Shown one piece after another: positions 30,036 through 40,233 of a stretch of 54,935 nt of DNA (within the stretch, counting starts at the first letter, position 1; the number at the start of each line of letters is the position of its first letter). The translations under genes were made by a program, and so were the position numbers. The notes below the pieces were generated by a model. It saw only the letters and a program-made list of their open reading frames with translations. It searched no databases and was not told the origin of the DNA. Source of the stretch: Gammaproteobacteria bacterium (GTDB lineage: Bacteria; Pseudomonadota; Gammaproteobacteria; Tenderiales; Tenderiaceae); the NCBI GenBank assembly GCA_024277755.1, contig JAJRUN010000002.1:1-54935 (forward strand), given 5' to 3'.

Positions 30036-31349
30036 TTACCCTGGGATTTCCTTTTTATGCAGAGCGGCATAATAAAAACCATCCATCCCTGCTTGCCCCG
30101 GCAAAATCTGACGCCCAAATGTCTGCGCCAGCCCCCACTCTGCTTCAATTGGCAGATGCTCGGCATCCGCCTGTTCGGTACAAAAACGCCTCAGCTGACG
30201 CACATTTTCCTGCGGCAACACCGAACATGTAACGTACAGCAGCATACCGCCAGGCTTTAACAAGGGCCACAGGGCACGCAGAATTTGTCCTTGCAATATA
30301 ACAAGCGGGTCAATATCCGAGGCACGGCGCAACAATTTGATATCGGGATGGCGACGAATCACCCCCGCTGCCGAACAAGGTGCATCCAACATAATCCGAT
30401 CAAACAAACGGCCATCCCACCATTGATCCGGCTGACTGGCATCGGCGCACAATACGGTGGCCGACAGCTGCAGACGCTCAAGATTTTGCTTAACCCGTTC
30501 AAGCCGGGCGGCATCTTGATCCAACGCAATCATCTCAGCCAATTGTGGTTGCCGCTCCAGCACATGGGCCGTTTTACCACCAGGAGCAGCACAAGCATCA
30601 AGAATCCGCTCACCTGGCTGGGCATTCAGCAAACCCGCCGCCAGCTGAGCCGCGGCATCCTGCACCGAAAACTGACCATCGGCAAAACCCGGCAGCGCTT
30701 CAACATCTGCGGCAGCAGCCAAGACTACACCTGCGTCGGAATAAGGCAGTTCACTGGCCTGGCAACCAACCGCTTCAAGCTGGGCAATATATTCTGCACG
30801 CTGTTGCCGCTGGCAATTAACACGCAAATACATTGGTGGATGCTGATTATTGGCATCAAGCACTGCCTGCCAGTCATCCGGATAGGCCGCCCGCAACTTG
30901 CCGACCAACCAATCAGGATGGGCATATTTCACTAACGGATCTAAATCCAGCTCGGTAAACGCTGCCTCATCCATACGCTGAACACCACGCAGCACAGCAT
31001 TCACCAGAGCACGTGCCCAAGGCTTTTTCAGGGCCTTGGTGGCAGATACGGTTTCCGACACTGCGGCATGGTCAGGCACACGCAGATAAAGCATCTGATA
31101 CAAACCAACAAATATCAGACAACGAACATCCGTATCTTTGGCCTTGAAGGGTTTGCGCAACAATTGCGCTGCAATAGCATCCAAACGGCCAAACCAGCGC
31201 GCCACACCAAAACAAATCTCTTGCAATAAAGCTCTGTCCCTATCTGCCACCTTGCCCTGCCAGTGCGGCAAAACAGTGGTTAAAGAACGTCCCTGACGGA
31301 TGACTTCATCAAGTGCCTTGGCGGCGGCTACGCGAGCATCCATAGTCAT
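30036..31349 (-). CDS. rsmB: 16S rRNA (cytosine967-C5)-methyltransferase
   Basis: NusB-like N-terminus, SVQDAAAQ, LDACAAPGGKT, LDAPCS, RRHPDIK, YVTCS, DGFYYA. Confidence 0.97.
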   Translation of the reverse strand: MTMDARVAAAKALDEVIRQGRSLTTVLPHWQGKVADRDRALLQEICFGVARWFGRLDAIAAQLLRKPFKAKDTDVRCLIFVGLYQMLYLRVPDHAAVSETVSATKALKKPWARALVNAVLRGVQRMDEAAFTELDLDPLVKYAHPDWLVGKLRAAYPDDWQAVLDANNQHPPMYLRVNCQRQQRAEYIAQLEAVGCQASELPYSDAGVVLAAAADVEALPGFADGQFSVQDAAAQLAAGLLNAQPGERILDACAAPGGKTAHVLERQPQLAEMIALDQDAARLERVKQNLERLQLSATVLCADASQPDQWWDGRLFDRIMLDAPCSAAGVIRRHPDIKLLRRASDIDPLVILQGQILRALWPLLKPGGMLLYVTCSVLPQENVRQLRRFCTEQADAEHLPIEAEWGLAQTFGRQILPGQAGMDGFYYAALHKKEIPG

Positions 31350-31364
31350 TAAAAGTGTCTTGAG

Positions 31365-32336
31365 TTAGATTTCAGCAACTGAACCCAGCCGTAAACCTGG
31401 CTGTTTCAGCTCCTTACGTGAGTTAAGCAGATCAACAACGGCTATTGCCTTACCCCCTGGCAACTGCGCTATCTGAATCCGCAACACACCATCACCGCAG
31501 GCAACATCAATGCCCTGCTTATCGGCCTTGAGCACACTGCCCGGCGGCTGATCCGTCGTCGCGCCATCCACAGCATGGGCCAGCCAGATACGCAGCATCT
31601 GCTCAGAAAACTCAGTTTGCGCCACCGGCCAGGGATTAAAACCATGCACCAGACGCTCAATATCAATGGCAGGACGCTGCCAGTCGATCAATGCCTCGGC
31701 CTTGGAAAGTTTAGCCGCATAATTGGAGAGGCTGTCATCCTGTGGTTCTGGCCGAGTCAGGCCATCACTCAACTGATCCAGCACCTCAATGGCCGCTGCG
31801 GCCCCCATCTCAGCCAAACGATCATGCAAGGTCTGGGCAGTATCATCACGTTCGATCGGGCAGATGCGTTTCAGCAACATATTCCCCGTATCCAGCCCTT
31901 CATCCATCTGCATGATGGTAACCCCGGTCTCGGCATCACCCGCCAGAATAGCCCGTTGAATAGGGGCTGCCCCGCGCCAGCGCGGCAACAGAGAGGCATG
32001 AATATTAATACAGCCCAGTCGAGGTGCGTCTAACACTGGCACGGGTAGCAACAAACCGTAAGCCACCACCACCATTACATCAGCGCCAAGACCAGCAACC
32101 TGTTGTTGTGCATCCGCATCTTTCAAACTAACCGGCTGATAGACATCAATGCCATGTTCCAAGGCCAGTTGTTTGACCGGGCCAGGTGTCAGCTTACGGC
32201 CTCGCCCGGCGGGACGATCCGGCTGGGTATAGACCGCCACCACCTGGTGCTGTGACTGCAACAATGACTTAAGCGCTTCAGCGGCAAAGTCTGGCGTGCC
32301 AGCAAAGATTACTTTCAACGGTTTGGACATTGGCAT
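31365..32336 (-). CDS. fmt: Methionyl-tRNA formyltransferase
   Basis: [44 protein letters not shown]. Start may be the ATG at 32330. Confidence 0.97.
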   Translation of the reverse strand: MPMSKPLKVIFAGTPDFAAEALKSLLQSQHQVVAVYTQPDRPAGRGRKLTPGPVKQLALEHGIDVYQPVSLKDADAQQQVAGLGADVMVVVAYGLLLPVPVLDAPRLGCINIHASLLPRWRGAAPIQRAILAGDAETGVTIMQMDEGLDTGNMLLKRICPIERDDTAQTLHDRLAEMGAAAAIEVLDQLSDGLTRPEPQDDSLSNYAAKLSKAEALIDWQRPAIDIERLVHGFNPWPVAQTEFSEQMLRIWLAHAVDGATTDQPPGSVLKADKQGIDVACGDGVLRIQIAQLPGGKAIAVVDLLNSRKELKQPGLRLGSVAEI

Positions 32337-32359
32337 TCCGAAATTGGGAGGAGATAAAA

Positions 32360-32863
32360 TTAAAACGTTTGGCGGCGCTGTTTTTCCATCTTTTTACGAA
32401 TTCGCTGACGCTTCAAGCCAGAGAGATAGTCAACAAACAGCTTGCCATCAAGATGATCAATTTCATGTTGGATGCAAACAGCTTCCAGGCCTTCAACCTC
32501 TTTTTCAAAGCTGTCACCATTGCGGTCCAGGGCCCGAACACGAATCCACTTTGCCCGTTCAATATCCTCATAGATGCCCGGCACCGACAGACAACCCTCT
32601 TCCATCAGCTCATTGCCACGTGTTTCCAGTAACTCGGGATTGATATAGACTTGCGGCGCATTTTTGTCTTCAGAAACATCGATTATCATCAGGCGTTCAT
32701 AAACCCCCACCTGCGGCGCAGCCAGACCAATGCCAGGTGCCTCGTACATGGTTTCAAACATATCATCGATGAGTTTACGAAGTTTGTCATCAACGCTAGC
32801 CACAGCTCGGCAAGGCGTCCTCAAACGCTCATCAGGAAAGTGTAATATGGGTATGATTGACAT
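32360..32863 (-). CDS. def: Peptide deformylase
   Basis: [26 protein letters not shown] metal motifs. Confidence 0.98.
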   Translation of the reverse strand: MSIIPILHFPDERLRTPCRAVASVDDKLRKLIDDMFETMYEAPGIGLAAPQVGVYERLMIIDVSEDKNAPQVYINPELLETRGNELMEEGCLSVPGIYEDIERAKWIRVRALDRNGDSFEKEVEGLEAVCIQHEIDHLDGKLFVDYLSGLKRQRIRKKMEKQRRQTF

Positions 32864-33018
32864 AACAAAACATTAATTATTTACATAAAGTGCCGATTAT
32901 ACTGCTGAACTGAAATGATATCACCGTAAACAACACGATCTTTGCTAAGCTTTGTTGCGGCGATAGCGCCAATTTGAATACACTCAACGCAGAACCAGAT
33001 AATTTTAAGGATAGCCTT

Positions 33019-34059
33019 ATGTCAATCAGGAAAGCACTGTTAGCCATTGTAGCGTGCTGCTGCATAAGCACCAGTCTGTTTGCCGACACCTTGGAACTCA
33101 ACCCAAACCACCCACAACGCCACGTGGTCGTGAAAGGTGACACCCTATGGGATATATCCTCAACATTTCTGCGCGATCCATGGCGCTGGCCGGAAATCTG
33201 GCACAACAACCCTGAAATCAACAACCCGCATCTGATCTACCCTGGCGATGTCATCAGTCTGGTCTATCGCGACGGCAAACCCGTTCTTGAGCTGACTCGC
33301 GGCCGACCAACGATCAAACTGTCCCCCACTGCGCGTACCAGCCGTATCGATAGTGCCATCGGCAGCATTCCAACCAATGCCATCTCTCAATTCCTAAGTC
33401 GCCCTCGTATTTTAACCGAGACCGAAGTAGAAAATGCCGGACATGTCAGCCAGGCCGAGGATGATCACCTGATCAGCGGTACCGGCAGCAAGGTTTATGT
33501 CTCCAACCTGACGCAAGATGAAGGTAAGGACTACAGTATTTATCGTATCAACAACGTCTATCGCAACCCCAGCAACCACAAAGACATTCTTGGTTACGAG
33601 GCCATTCACGTCTCTGATGCAGAGCTGACACTGCAAGGCAGACCAGCAACTCTGCGCATTATTGAAAGCTACCAGGAAACCCTGCTAGGCGATATCGTCA
33701 TGAAAACTGACGAGAAACAAATTGACAACACCTTCACCCCGCACTCGCCAGAGTCTGTCACCGGTGGTCAGGTCATCTCAATTCTTGACGGCATGTCTCG
33801 TGCCGGACAGTACCAAACCATCGTTATCAACCTCGGCAAGCGAGACGGGCTGGAACAAGGACACGTGCTGGCAGTACGAAAAAAAGGGGCCGTCATACTC
33901 GACAAACATGCCAAGGGCTTTTTCAAACCTGAGATCAATCTACCTGATGAACGCTCAGGCCTGCTAATGATCGTCAACGCCTTTGATCGCATCAGCTACG
34001 CCTTGATAATGAACGCCACCAAGGACATCCGCGTCGGCGACCCCATTACCAAACCATAA
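33019..34059 (+). CDS. LysM peptidoglycan-binding protein (TsaP-like)
   Basis: Signal peptide, VVKGDTLWDIS..FLRDPWRWPEIW..N..INNPHLIYPG; sits between def and dprA; AAGGA RBS before ATG 33019. Confidence 0.88.
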   Translation: MSIRKALLAIVACCCISTSLFADTLELNPNHPQRHVVVKGDTLWDISSTFLRDPWRWPEIWHNNPEINNPHLIYPGDVISLVYRDGKPVLELTRGRPTIKLSPTARTSRIDSAIGSIPTNAISQFLSRPRILTETEVENAGHVSQAEDDHLISGTGSKVYVSNLTQDEGKDYSIYRINNVYRNPSNHKDILGYEAIHVSDAELTLQGRPATLRIIESYQETLLGDIVMKTDEKQIDNTFTPHSPESVTGGQVISILDGMSRAGQYQTIVINLGKRDGLEQGHVLAVRKKGAVILDKHAKGFFKPEINLPDERSGLLMIVNAFDRISYALIMNATKDIRVGDPITKP

Positions 34060-34081
34060 CAGAAGTGATACTCTGGCTGGC

Positions 34082-35227
34082 ATGGACGCCATCAGAGCCA
34101 AGTCGCCCGGTCAGGCATCTGAAACAGAAACATCACTGGCCGCCTGGCTGGCCTTGCTACACTGCCCCGGCATTGGCCCTCGACGCTACAGCACTCTATT
34201 AGAATATTACCACCAACCCAGCAGCCTGTTGGACGCTGGGGCAAGTGAAATCAATCGGCTCGACCTGCCCAGCAAAACCAAACAATGGTTGAAGCAACCC
34301 GACTGGAGCCTGGTTGAGTCCGACCTTAACTGGCTCAACAGCAACCCCCGCCACCACATCATCAACATCATTGATCAACGCTACCCGCCACAACTGAAAC
34401 AAATAGACTCTGCCCCGCCACTGCTGTTTGCCATTGGTGATAGCGCACTTCTCAGCACACACCAGCTAGGCATTGTTGGCAGCCGCAACCCCAGCGCAGG
34501 CGGCAAAGAAAACAGTTTTCATTTTGCCCAAAGCCTAAGCCAGGCCGGCCTCACCATCACCAGCGGCATGGCACTCGGCATCGACGCTGCCGCCCACAAA
34601 GGCGCACTGGCCAGCAATGGCAAAACCATTGCTGTCACCGGCACGGGCCTTGATCGGGTTTACCCCGCCAGACACCGGCAACTCGCCCATGACATCGCCG
34701 AAAACGGCACCATTATCTCTGAATTCCCCATCGGCACACCACCGCTGCCTGATCATTTTCCCCGCCGCAACCGAATCATCAGCGGACTCAGCCTCGGCAT
34801 TCTGGTGGTTGAAGCCGCCCCCAAGAGCGGCTCATTAATCTCCGCCCGGCTCGCCAACGAACAAGGCCTTGAGGTATTCGCCATCCCAGGCTCCATTCAC
34901 AACCCACTGGCACGCGGCTGCCACCAACTCATTCGTCAAGGTGCCAAGCTGGTGGAAACCACAGCAGACATTCTCGAAGAACTTGGCGTCCGCTTCACTC
35001 CCCCTCTTACCTCACCACCCTGCCCCGAAGTGAATTTAGAGACTGACCCCAGCTCATTGAAATTGCTATCAATGATTGGACATGACCCTTGCAGTATTGA
35101 CACGCTGATCGAACGCAGCAAGCTACCGGCAGAACAGATCAGCGCGATTCTGCTGGTATTGGAATTACAGGGAATGGTATCCTCTCTGGCAGGTGGACTC
35201 TATATAAAGGCTGCAAACCACAAATGA
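34082..35227 (+). CDS. dprA: DNA processing protein DprA (Smf)
   Basis: IVGSRNPS, TSGMALGIDAAAH, SEFP, FPRRNRIISGLS, VFAIPGSIHNP..RGCHQLIRQGAKLV, C-terminal wHTH. Confidence 0.96.
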   Translation: MDAIRAKSPGQASETETSLAAWLALLHCPGIGPRRYSTLLEYYHQPSSLLDAGASEINRLDLPSKTKQWLKQPDWSLVESDLNWLNSNPRHHIINIIDQRYPPQLKQIDSAPPLLFAIGDSALLSTHQLGIVGSRNPSAGGKENSFHFAQSLSQAGLTITSGMALGIDAAAHKGALASNGKTIAVTGTGLDRVYPARHRQLAHDIAENGTIISEFPIGTPPLPDHFPRRNRIISGLSLGILVVEAAPKSGSLISARLANEQGLEVFAIPGSIHNPLARGCHQLIRQGAKLVETTADILEELGVRFTPPLTSPPCPEVNLETDPSSLKLLSMIGHDPCSIDTLIERSKLPAEQISAILLVLELQGMVSSLAGGLYIKAANHK

Positions 35228-35700
35228 AAGAAAATGTACTCGACATTCTGATGTATCTGTTTGAACATTGCCTCGACAGTGAAACGGGCACGATGCCTGA
35301 GCAAAACTCATTGCGCGAACATCTCGACAACGCCGGTTTTCAAAACCAGGATATTAAAAAGGCATTTAACTGGCTTGACGAACTCAGCAATGCCCGGGAA
35401 AGCGCATTCAGCAACCCAATATCAAAGCGCTCGTTACGCGTCTACTGCAGCCAGGAAATCACCAAAATGGATGTTGAATGCCGTGGTTTCATGATTTTTC
35501 TGGAACAGACAGGCGTATTAGACCCCGTTGCTCGTGAGCTTGTCATTGACCGCGCCATGGCCCTGGAAACCCAGGACATTGATCTGCCACAACTGAAATG
35601 GGTCATCCTGATGGTTTTGTTTAACCAGCCAGGCCACGAAGCCGCCTTTGCCTGGATGGAAGATTTGATCTTTGACGAATTCACAGACCAACTCCACTGA
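35224..35700 (+). CDS. smg: Smg / DUF494 family protein
   Basis: MKENVLDILMYLFE, AFNWL, RGFMIFLEQ, LKWVILMVLFNQPG; 4-nt overlap with dprA. Confidence 0.92.
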   Translation: MKENVLDILMYLFEHCLDSETGTMPEQNSLREHLDNAGFQNQDIKKAFNWLDELSNARESAFSNPISKRSLRVYCSQEITKMDVECRGFMIFLEQTGVLDPVARELVIDRAMALETQDIDLPQLKWVILMVLFNQPGHEAAFAWMEDLIFDEFTDQLH

Positions 35701-35819
35701 GCGAGTGCTTAGTCTTGAATCATACAGAGCCAATTAGACTTTTCTCAGCACATACCTAAACTCTCTGTCATTTTGACCGCTACCCCCAGAACCATAAACA
35801 AAACAAATAAGCCTTATTC

Positions 35820-38126
35820 ATGAGCAAAAATCTAGTCATTGTAGAGTCACCTGCAAAGTGTAAAACCATCAAGAAATACCTTGGTAAGGACTTTGAGGTG
35901 CTCGCTTCATACGGCCACGTGCGCGACCTGCTACCGAAAGAAGGTGCCGTCGACCCAAGTAACAACTTCGCCATGAAGTATCAGGTCATCGAAAAAAATG
36001 CCAAGCACATCGATGCGATTGCCAAGGCCATCAAAAAGGCTGACGCCCTGTATCTCGCAACTGACCCGGATAGAGAAGGCGAAGCCATCTCCTGGCACAT
36101 TTGCGAATACCTAAAAGAAAAGAAACTACTTAAAAACAAAGCAGTTCACCGTGTTGTTTTTCACGAGATCACCAAGCGCGCCATCCAGGATGCCATGGAA
36201 CGCCCTCGCTCGCTCGCTGATGACCTGGTCAACGCCCAACAGGCTCGCCGGGCACTGGACTTTCTGGTTGGTTTCAATCTGTCGCCACTGCTGTGGAAAA
36301 AGATTCGTCGCGGCCTCTCTGCAGGGCGGGTTCAAAGCCCGGCCTTACGTATGATTGTCGAGCGCGAACTGGACATAGAAAAATTCGATCCAAAAGAATA
36401 CTGGACCATTGAAGCGGATCTGAAAAAGGACGATAAAAGCGCCCAATTCATGGGCAAACTGACCTATTTTGAAGGTGAAAAACAGGCCCAATTTACCGTC
36501 AACAACGAAAAGCAGGCACAAGCAACCGAACAAGCGCTCAGCAAGGCTGCCGATGGCATACTCAAGATCATCAAGGTTGATAAACGCAAACGCAAGCGCA
36601 ATCCAGCACCACCGTTTATCACCTCTACGCTGCAACAGGAAGCATCACGCAAACTCGGCTTTACCGCCCAACGCACCATGCGTACCGCCCAGCAACTCTA
36701 TGAAGGGATAGACACCGGCAATGGTGCAATGGGTCTGATCACCTATATGCGTACTGACTCAGTCAACCTGGCTCAAGAGGCCCTTGACGAGATTCGCGGC
36801 TATATTCAAGAAAAGTATGGCAAGGACAACCTGCCTGATACGCCCAATACCTATAAGACAAAATCAAAGAATGCCCAGGAGGCTCACGAAGCGATCCGGC
36901 CGACATCAATTTTCAGCGAACCCAGCGCAATCAAGGAACACCTGAGCAAAGACCAGATCAGACTCTACGAACTAATCTGGAAGCGCACCTTATCGTGTCA
37001 AATGATTCACGCCACCATCAATACCATGGCGGTAGACCTGGCCGCGGGCAACGACAAAAACCTGTTCCGCGCCAATGGTTCATCCATCCACACAGCTGGT
37101 TTTATGGCCGTCTACCAAGAAGATGTGGATGACGCAAAAGCCAGCGATGATGAAAAAATGTTACCACCGCTGAAAGAGGGCGATGAGATCAATCTGCTAG
37201 CCATTCGCACAGAACAACACTTTACCGAGCCACCACCACGATTCAGCGAAGCCAGTCTGGTGAAGATATTGGAAGAACACGGCATTGGCAGGCCCTCCAC
37301 CTACGCCTCAATCATCTCTACCTTGCAGGCGCGTGAGTATGTCACGCTAGAGAAAAAACGTTTCCGGCCCACCGACGTTGGCCGCATCGTAAACAAATTC
37401 CTGACCGCGTATTTTTTCAAATACGTCGACTATGAATTTACCGCCAACCTGGAAGACGAACTGGATGCCATCGCCCGCGGCGAAAAAGAATGGCAGCCAC
37501 TGCTGGAATCATTCTGGTCTCCCTTTAAACACCAGATTGATGAAACCGAAGCCAATGTCAGCCGCCAGGACGTGACTCACGAGGCACTCGATGAGAAATG
37601 CCCCAAATGTGACAAACAACTGTCAATCCGGCTTGGCCGCCGCGGCCGCTTTATCGGCTGTGATGGTTTTCCTGAATGTGATTACACCCGCAGCCTGGAT
37701 GAAGATGGCGAATCAGCCGCTGAACCAGAAGTGGTTGAAGGTCGAACTTGCCCCAAATGCGAATCGCCATTAATCATTCGTACCGGCCGCTATGGGAAGT
37801 TTATTGGCTGCTCATCCTACCCCAAGTGCAAACACATTGAGCCTATCGAAAAACCGACAGATACAGGCGTTGAATGCCCCGAATGCCACAAGGGCACGAT
37901 GGTATCCCGCAAGTCTCGTTACGGCAAAATGTTCTATTCCTGCTCTTGCTACCCGGATTGCAAATACGCCGTCTGGAACGAACCTGTCAACGAACCCTGC
38001 CCCAATTGTGACTGGCCGATCCTGACCCTGAAGACCACCAAACGCAAGGGAACAGAGAAAATCTGCCCACAAAAAGATTGCGGTCACTCAGAGCCCGTTG
38101 ACAACGATGAAAAAGAGGCCTCCTAG
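35820..38126 (+). CDS. topA: DNA topoisomerase I with C-terminal zinc ribbons
   Basis: LVIVESPAK, LATDPDREGEAI, SAGRVQS, ITYMRTD active site, EAHEAIRP, GIGRPSTYA, repeated CPxC zinc ribbons. Confidence 0.98.
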   Translation: MSKNLVIVESPAKCKTIKKYLGKDFEVLASYGHVRDLLPKEGAVDPSNNFAMKYQVIEKNAKHIDAIAKAIKKADALYLATDPDREGEAISWHICEYLKEKKLLKNKAVHRVVFHEITKRAIQDAMERPRSLADDLVNAQQARRALDFLVGFNLSPLLWKKIRRGLSAGRVQSPALRMIVERELDIEKFDPKEYWTIEADLKKDDKSAQFMGKLTYFEGEKQAQFTVNNEKQAQATEQALSKAADGILKIIKVDKRKRKRNPAPPFITSTLQQEASRKLGFTAQRTMRTAQQLYEGIDTGNGAMGLITYMRTDSVNLAQEALDEIRGYIQEKYGKDNLPDTPNTYKTKSKNAQEAHEAIRPTSIFSEPSAIKEHLSKDQIRLYELIWKRTLSCQMIHATINTMAVDLAAGNDKNLFRANGSSIHTAGFMAVYQEDVDDAKASDDEKMLPPLKEGDEINLLAIRTEQHFTEPPPRFSEASLVKILEEHGIGRPSTYASIISTLQAREYVTLEKKRFRPTDVGRIVNKFLTAYFFKYVDYEFTANLEDELDAIARGEKEWQPLLESFWSPFKHQIDETEANVSRQDVTHEALDEKCPKCDKQLSIRLGRRGRFIGCDGFPECDYTRSLDEDGESAAEPEVVEGRTCPKCESPLIIRTGRYGKFIGCSSYPKCKHIEPIEKPTDTGVECPECHKGTMVSRKSRYGKMFYSCSCYPDCKYAVWNEPVNEPCPNCDWPILTLKTTKRKGTEKICPQKDCGHSEPVDNDEKEAS

Positions 38127-38134
38127 GCCTCTTT
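38112..38134. terminator. Bidirectional hairpin embedded in the overlapping topA and cysB 3' ends
   Basis: AAAGAGGCCT-cct-AGGCCTCTTT, T-rich on both strands, spanning both stop codons. Confidence 0.6.
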
Positions 38135-39070
38135 CTGTTTTCCCTGAGCACGCCCCAACATCATCTCCTCAATCGCCACACGAGTCAGATGTGGGGCAAA
38201 CATCTCAATAAAATCATAAACATAGCGACGCAGAAAGGCACCCCTCCGTATCCCGATGCGCGTGATACTCGACTCAAACAGGTGAGCGGCATCAATCGCC
38301 CGCAGATTGTTATCGCGCTCAGCATCAAAGGCCATTTTGGCCAATACACCCACCCCTAAACCTAGCTCAACATAGGTCTTGATAACGTCGGAATCAATGG
38401 CGGTAAGCACCACATTCGGCTCAAGCCCAGCCTCTTCAAAGGCCTTATTGATCTTGGTTCGGCCTGTCATGGCAAAATCATAGGTAACAATAGGATATTG
38501 CACCAACGCTTCTAACGTCAGCGGCTGTACATCCAGCAATGAATGACCAGGAGGACAAACCACACAGCGGTTCCACTCATAACAAGGCAGCATTACCAAA
38601 TCGGGGAAATCAGCAATTGCCTCAGTCGCGATAGCAATATCCACTCGGCCTTTCGCTGCCAACTCGGCCGCATGAGCCGGGCTGCCTTGCTGCAATTCAA
38701 GCCGCACCTCCGGATATTTTTCCTTGAACTGTTTTACCACCAGCGGCAAGGCATAGCGAGCCTGGGTATGAGTGGTTGCGATAACCAGGCGACCACTGGC
38801 CTCATCCGAGTATTCGCCACTCACCTTTTTGATATTGTCGACCTCTTGCAGAACCCGTTCAACAATCTCCAAAATCTGCTTACCCGGCTCAGTCACCCCA
38901 ACCAAACGTTTACCATTCCGCTCAAAGATCTGCACACTAAGCTCATCCTCCAACAGCCGAACCTGACTGCTAACCCCTGGTTGAGCCGTATGCAGGGCAT
39001 CTGCAGCGGCAGAGACATTCAGCCCGCGCCGCGCCACCTCACGAATATAAACAAGCTGCTGTAGTTTCAT
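38123..39070 (-). CDS. cysB: CysB-family LysR transcriptional regulator
   Basis: MKLQQLVYIRE, LHTAQPGVS, IATTHTQARYALP, AIATEA, LTAIDSDVIKTYVELGLGVG. ATG at 39070 chosen as start. Confidence 0.92.
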   Translation of the reverse strand: MKLQQLVYIREVARRGLNVSAAADALHTAQPGVSSQVRLLEDELSVQIFERNGKRLVGVTEPGKQILEIVERVLQEVDNIKKVSGEYSDEASGRLVIATTHTQARYALPLVVKQFKEKYPEVRLELQQGSPAHAAELAAKGRVDIAIATEAIADFPDLVMLPCYEWNRCVVCPPGHSLLDVQPLTLEALVQYPIVTYDFAMTGRTKINKAFEEAGLEPNVVLTAIDSDVIKTYVELGLGVGVLAKMAFDAERDNNLRAIDAAHLFESSITRIGIRRGAFLRRYVYDFIEMFAPHLTRVAIEEMMLGRAQGKQKEA

Positions 39071-39324
39071 AGCACCAATATACCTTTTATGAATACCCAA
39101 AGAATATCATGTTCTTTTTAAATATAAAGATAGCCTGTTCTATCGGCTGAAACCCTTGCTCAACAATCAATATCGGTTTTGGAATAGAGCGACACAATAA
39201 CTGAACATATTGACCAGCCTAATGAGCATCGAGCCATTGCTTAACCAAGTAAATCACTTATAAATACAAACTCAATTTGCATTGCTATACTGACTGTTAA
39301 CCACTATCTAGCGAGGGGTTAAGC

Positions 39325-39516
39325 ATGCACACTAACAAGCCAGCAACCAAACAAACCACCAAATTCACTTGGCAGCAAGTACGCCAACTCATCGAGCAAG
39401 CAGGCGTACAGGACGATGACGAAATCGACTGTATCGAGATCTCCTGGGGCACTACCGACCAGGTAAAACTCAAAAAGGACAAGGACTTCGGCTGGCAAAT
39501 CCGCCAGAGTTGTTAG
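39325..39516 (+). CDS. Small hypothetical protein (63 aa)
   Basis: GAGGGG RBS before the ATG; folded-looking acidic sequence (TWQQVRQLIEQAGVQDDDEIDCIEISWG); divergent from cysB. Confidence 0.55.
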   Translation: MHTNKPATKQTTKFTWQQVRQLIEQAGVQDDDEIDCIEISWGTTDQVKLKKDKDFGWQIRQSC

Positions 39517-39781
39517 CAAGCCGCCTTCCCTCAGCCATGCAGTAATGCGCTTTAACAGGTTGTTGCATGCTTTTGCTCGTGCCAAGCCAACACCTAGGCA
39601 TATAGCTCAAGAATACCTCTCTATTCACCTCCTCCCAACCAGCAACTTGAATGTCACACTGAATTTAAGTTAATAATAATATTAAAGTCTCAGCACAGAG
39701 ACCCGATATATTGTGTAATAGCAATCAACACAACACTACATATAGGGCATTGCCTCACAATGCGAGCCAGGAGGAAATAAA

Positions 39782-40024
39782 ATGCTGAGCTATATTTTTC
39801 GGTTAGCAATGGATTTCGAACGCAAACATAATTACTGGCCCAACATGCTTTACCTCAATACCGAACATTTTCATCATTGGCAGCAGGAATTCAAAAACGC
39901 TGATGACTTCGATGCGATCAGCCGCCGGCTGAATATGGAGATCGTCATTTCGGTGGATGCCTTGCACCCGCATGTTGCCTGGCTACCCAATCGCAACCAG
40001 GCTATCGCTAGTGTAATGTCCTGA
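39782..40024 (+). CDS. Small hypothetical protein (80 aa)
   Basis: GGAGG RBS before the ATG; only ORF in an otherwise non-coding gap; sequence MLSYIFRLAMDFERKHNYWPNMLYLN. Confidence 0.65.
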   Translation: MLSYIFRLAMDFERKHNYWPNMLYLNTEHFHHWQQEFKNADDFDAISRRLNMEIVISVDALHPHVAWLPNRNQAIASVMS

Positions 40025-40146
40025 ACTGTATGTACATAAATATACATACCGCTCAGGACACCATACTGGCTAACAATTAACTCCAAGCGGTTGGGGCCAC
40101 CCACCCCGACACCCCCACAGGCAGCCTGCCTCCGCTGCCTTATCAA

Positions 40147-40179
40147 ATTGCCAGCCCTGTGCCCATCAGGGCTGGCAAT
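40147..40179. other. Perfect 13-bp stem-loop upstream of uvrD
   Basis: ATTGCCAGCCCTG-tgcccat-CAGGGCTGGCAAT; no U tract on the + strand. Confidence 0.5.
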
Positions 40180-40233
40180 CCCTCCTAACATCTTTCCCAC
40201 CACAGGCTAGCGTAGTGTTAAACTTTCGCCACC

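Noticed and set aside
39319-39585. 88-aa minus-strand ORF opposite the 63-aa gene
   Set aside because: No RBS; hydrophobic composition explained by the acidic plus-strand ORF, which has the better start signal.
40026-40041. Possible LexA box upstream of uvrD (CTGTATGTACATAAAT)
   Set aside because: Only the CTGT half matches; the right CAG half is missing and the site is about 190 bp from the uvrD start.
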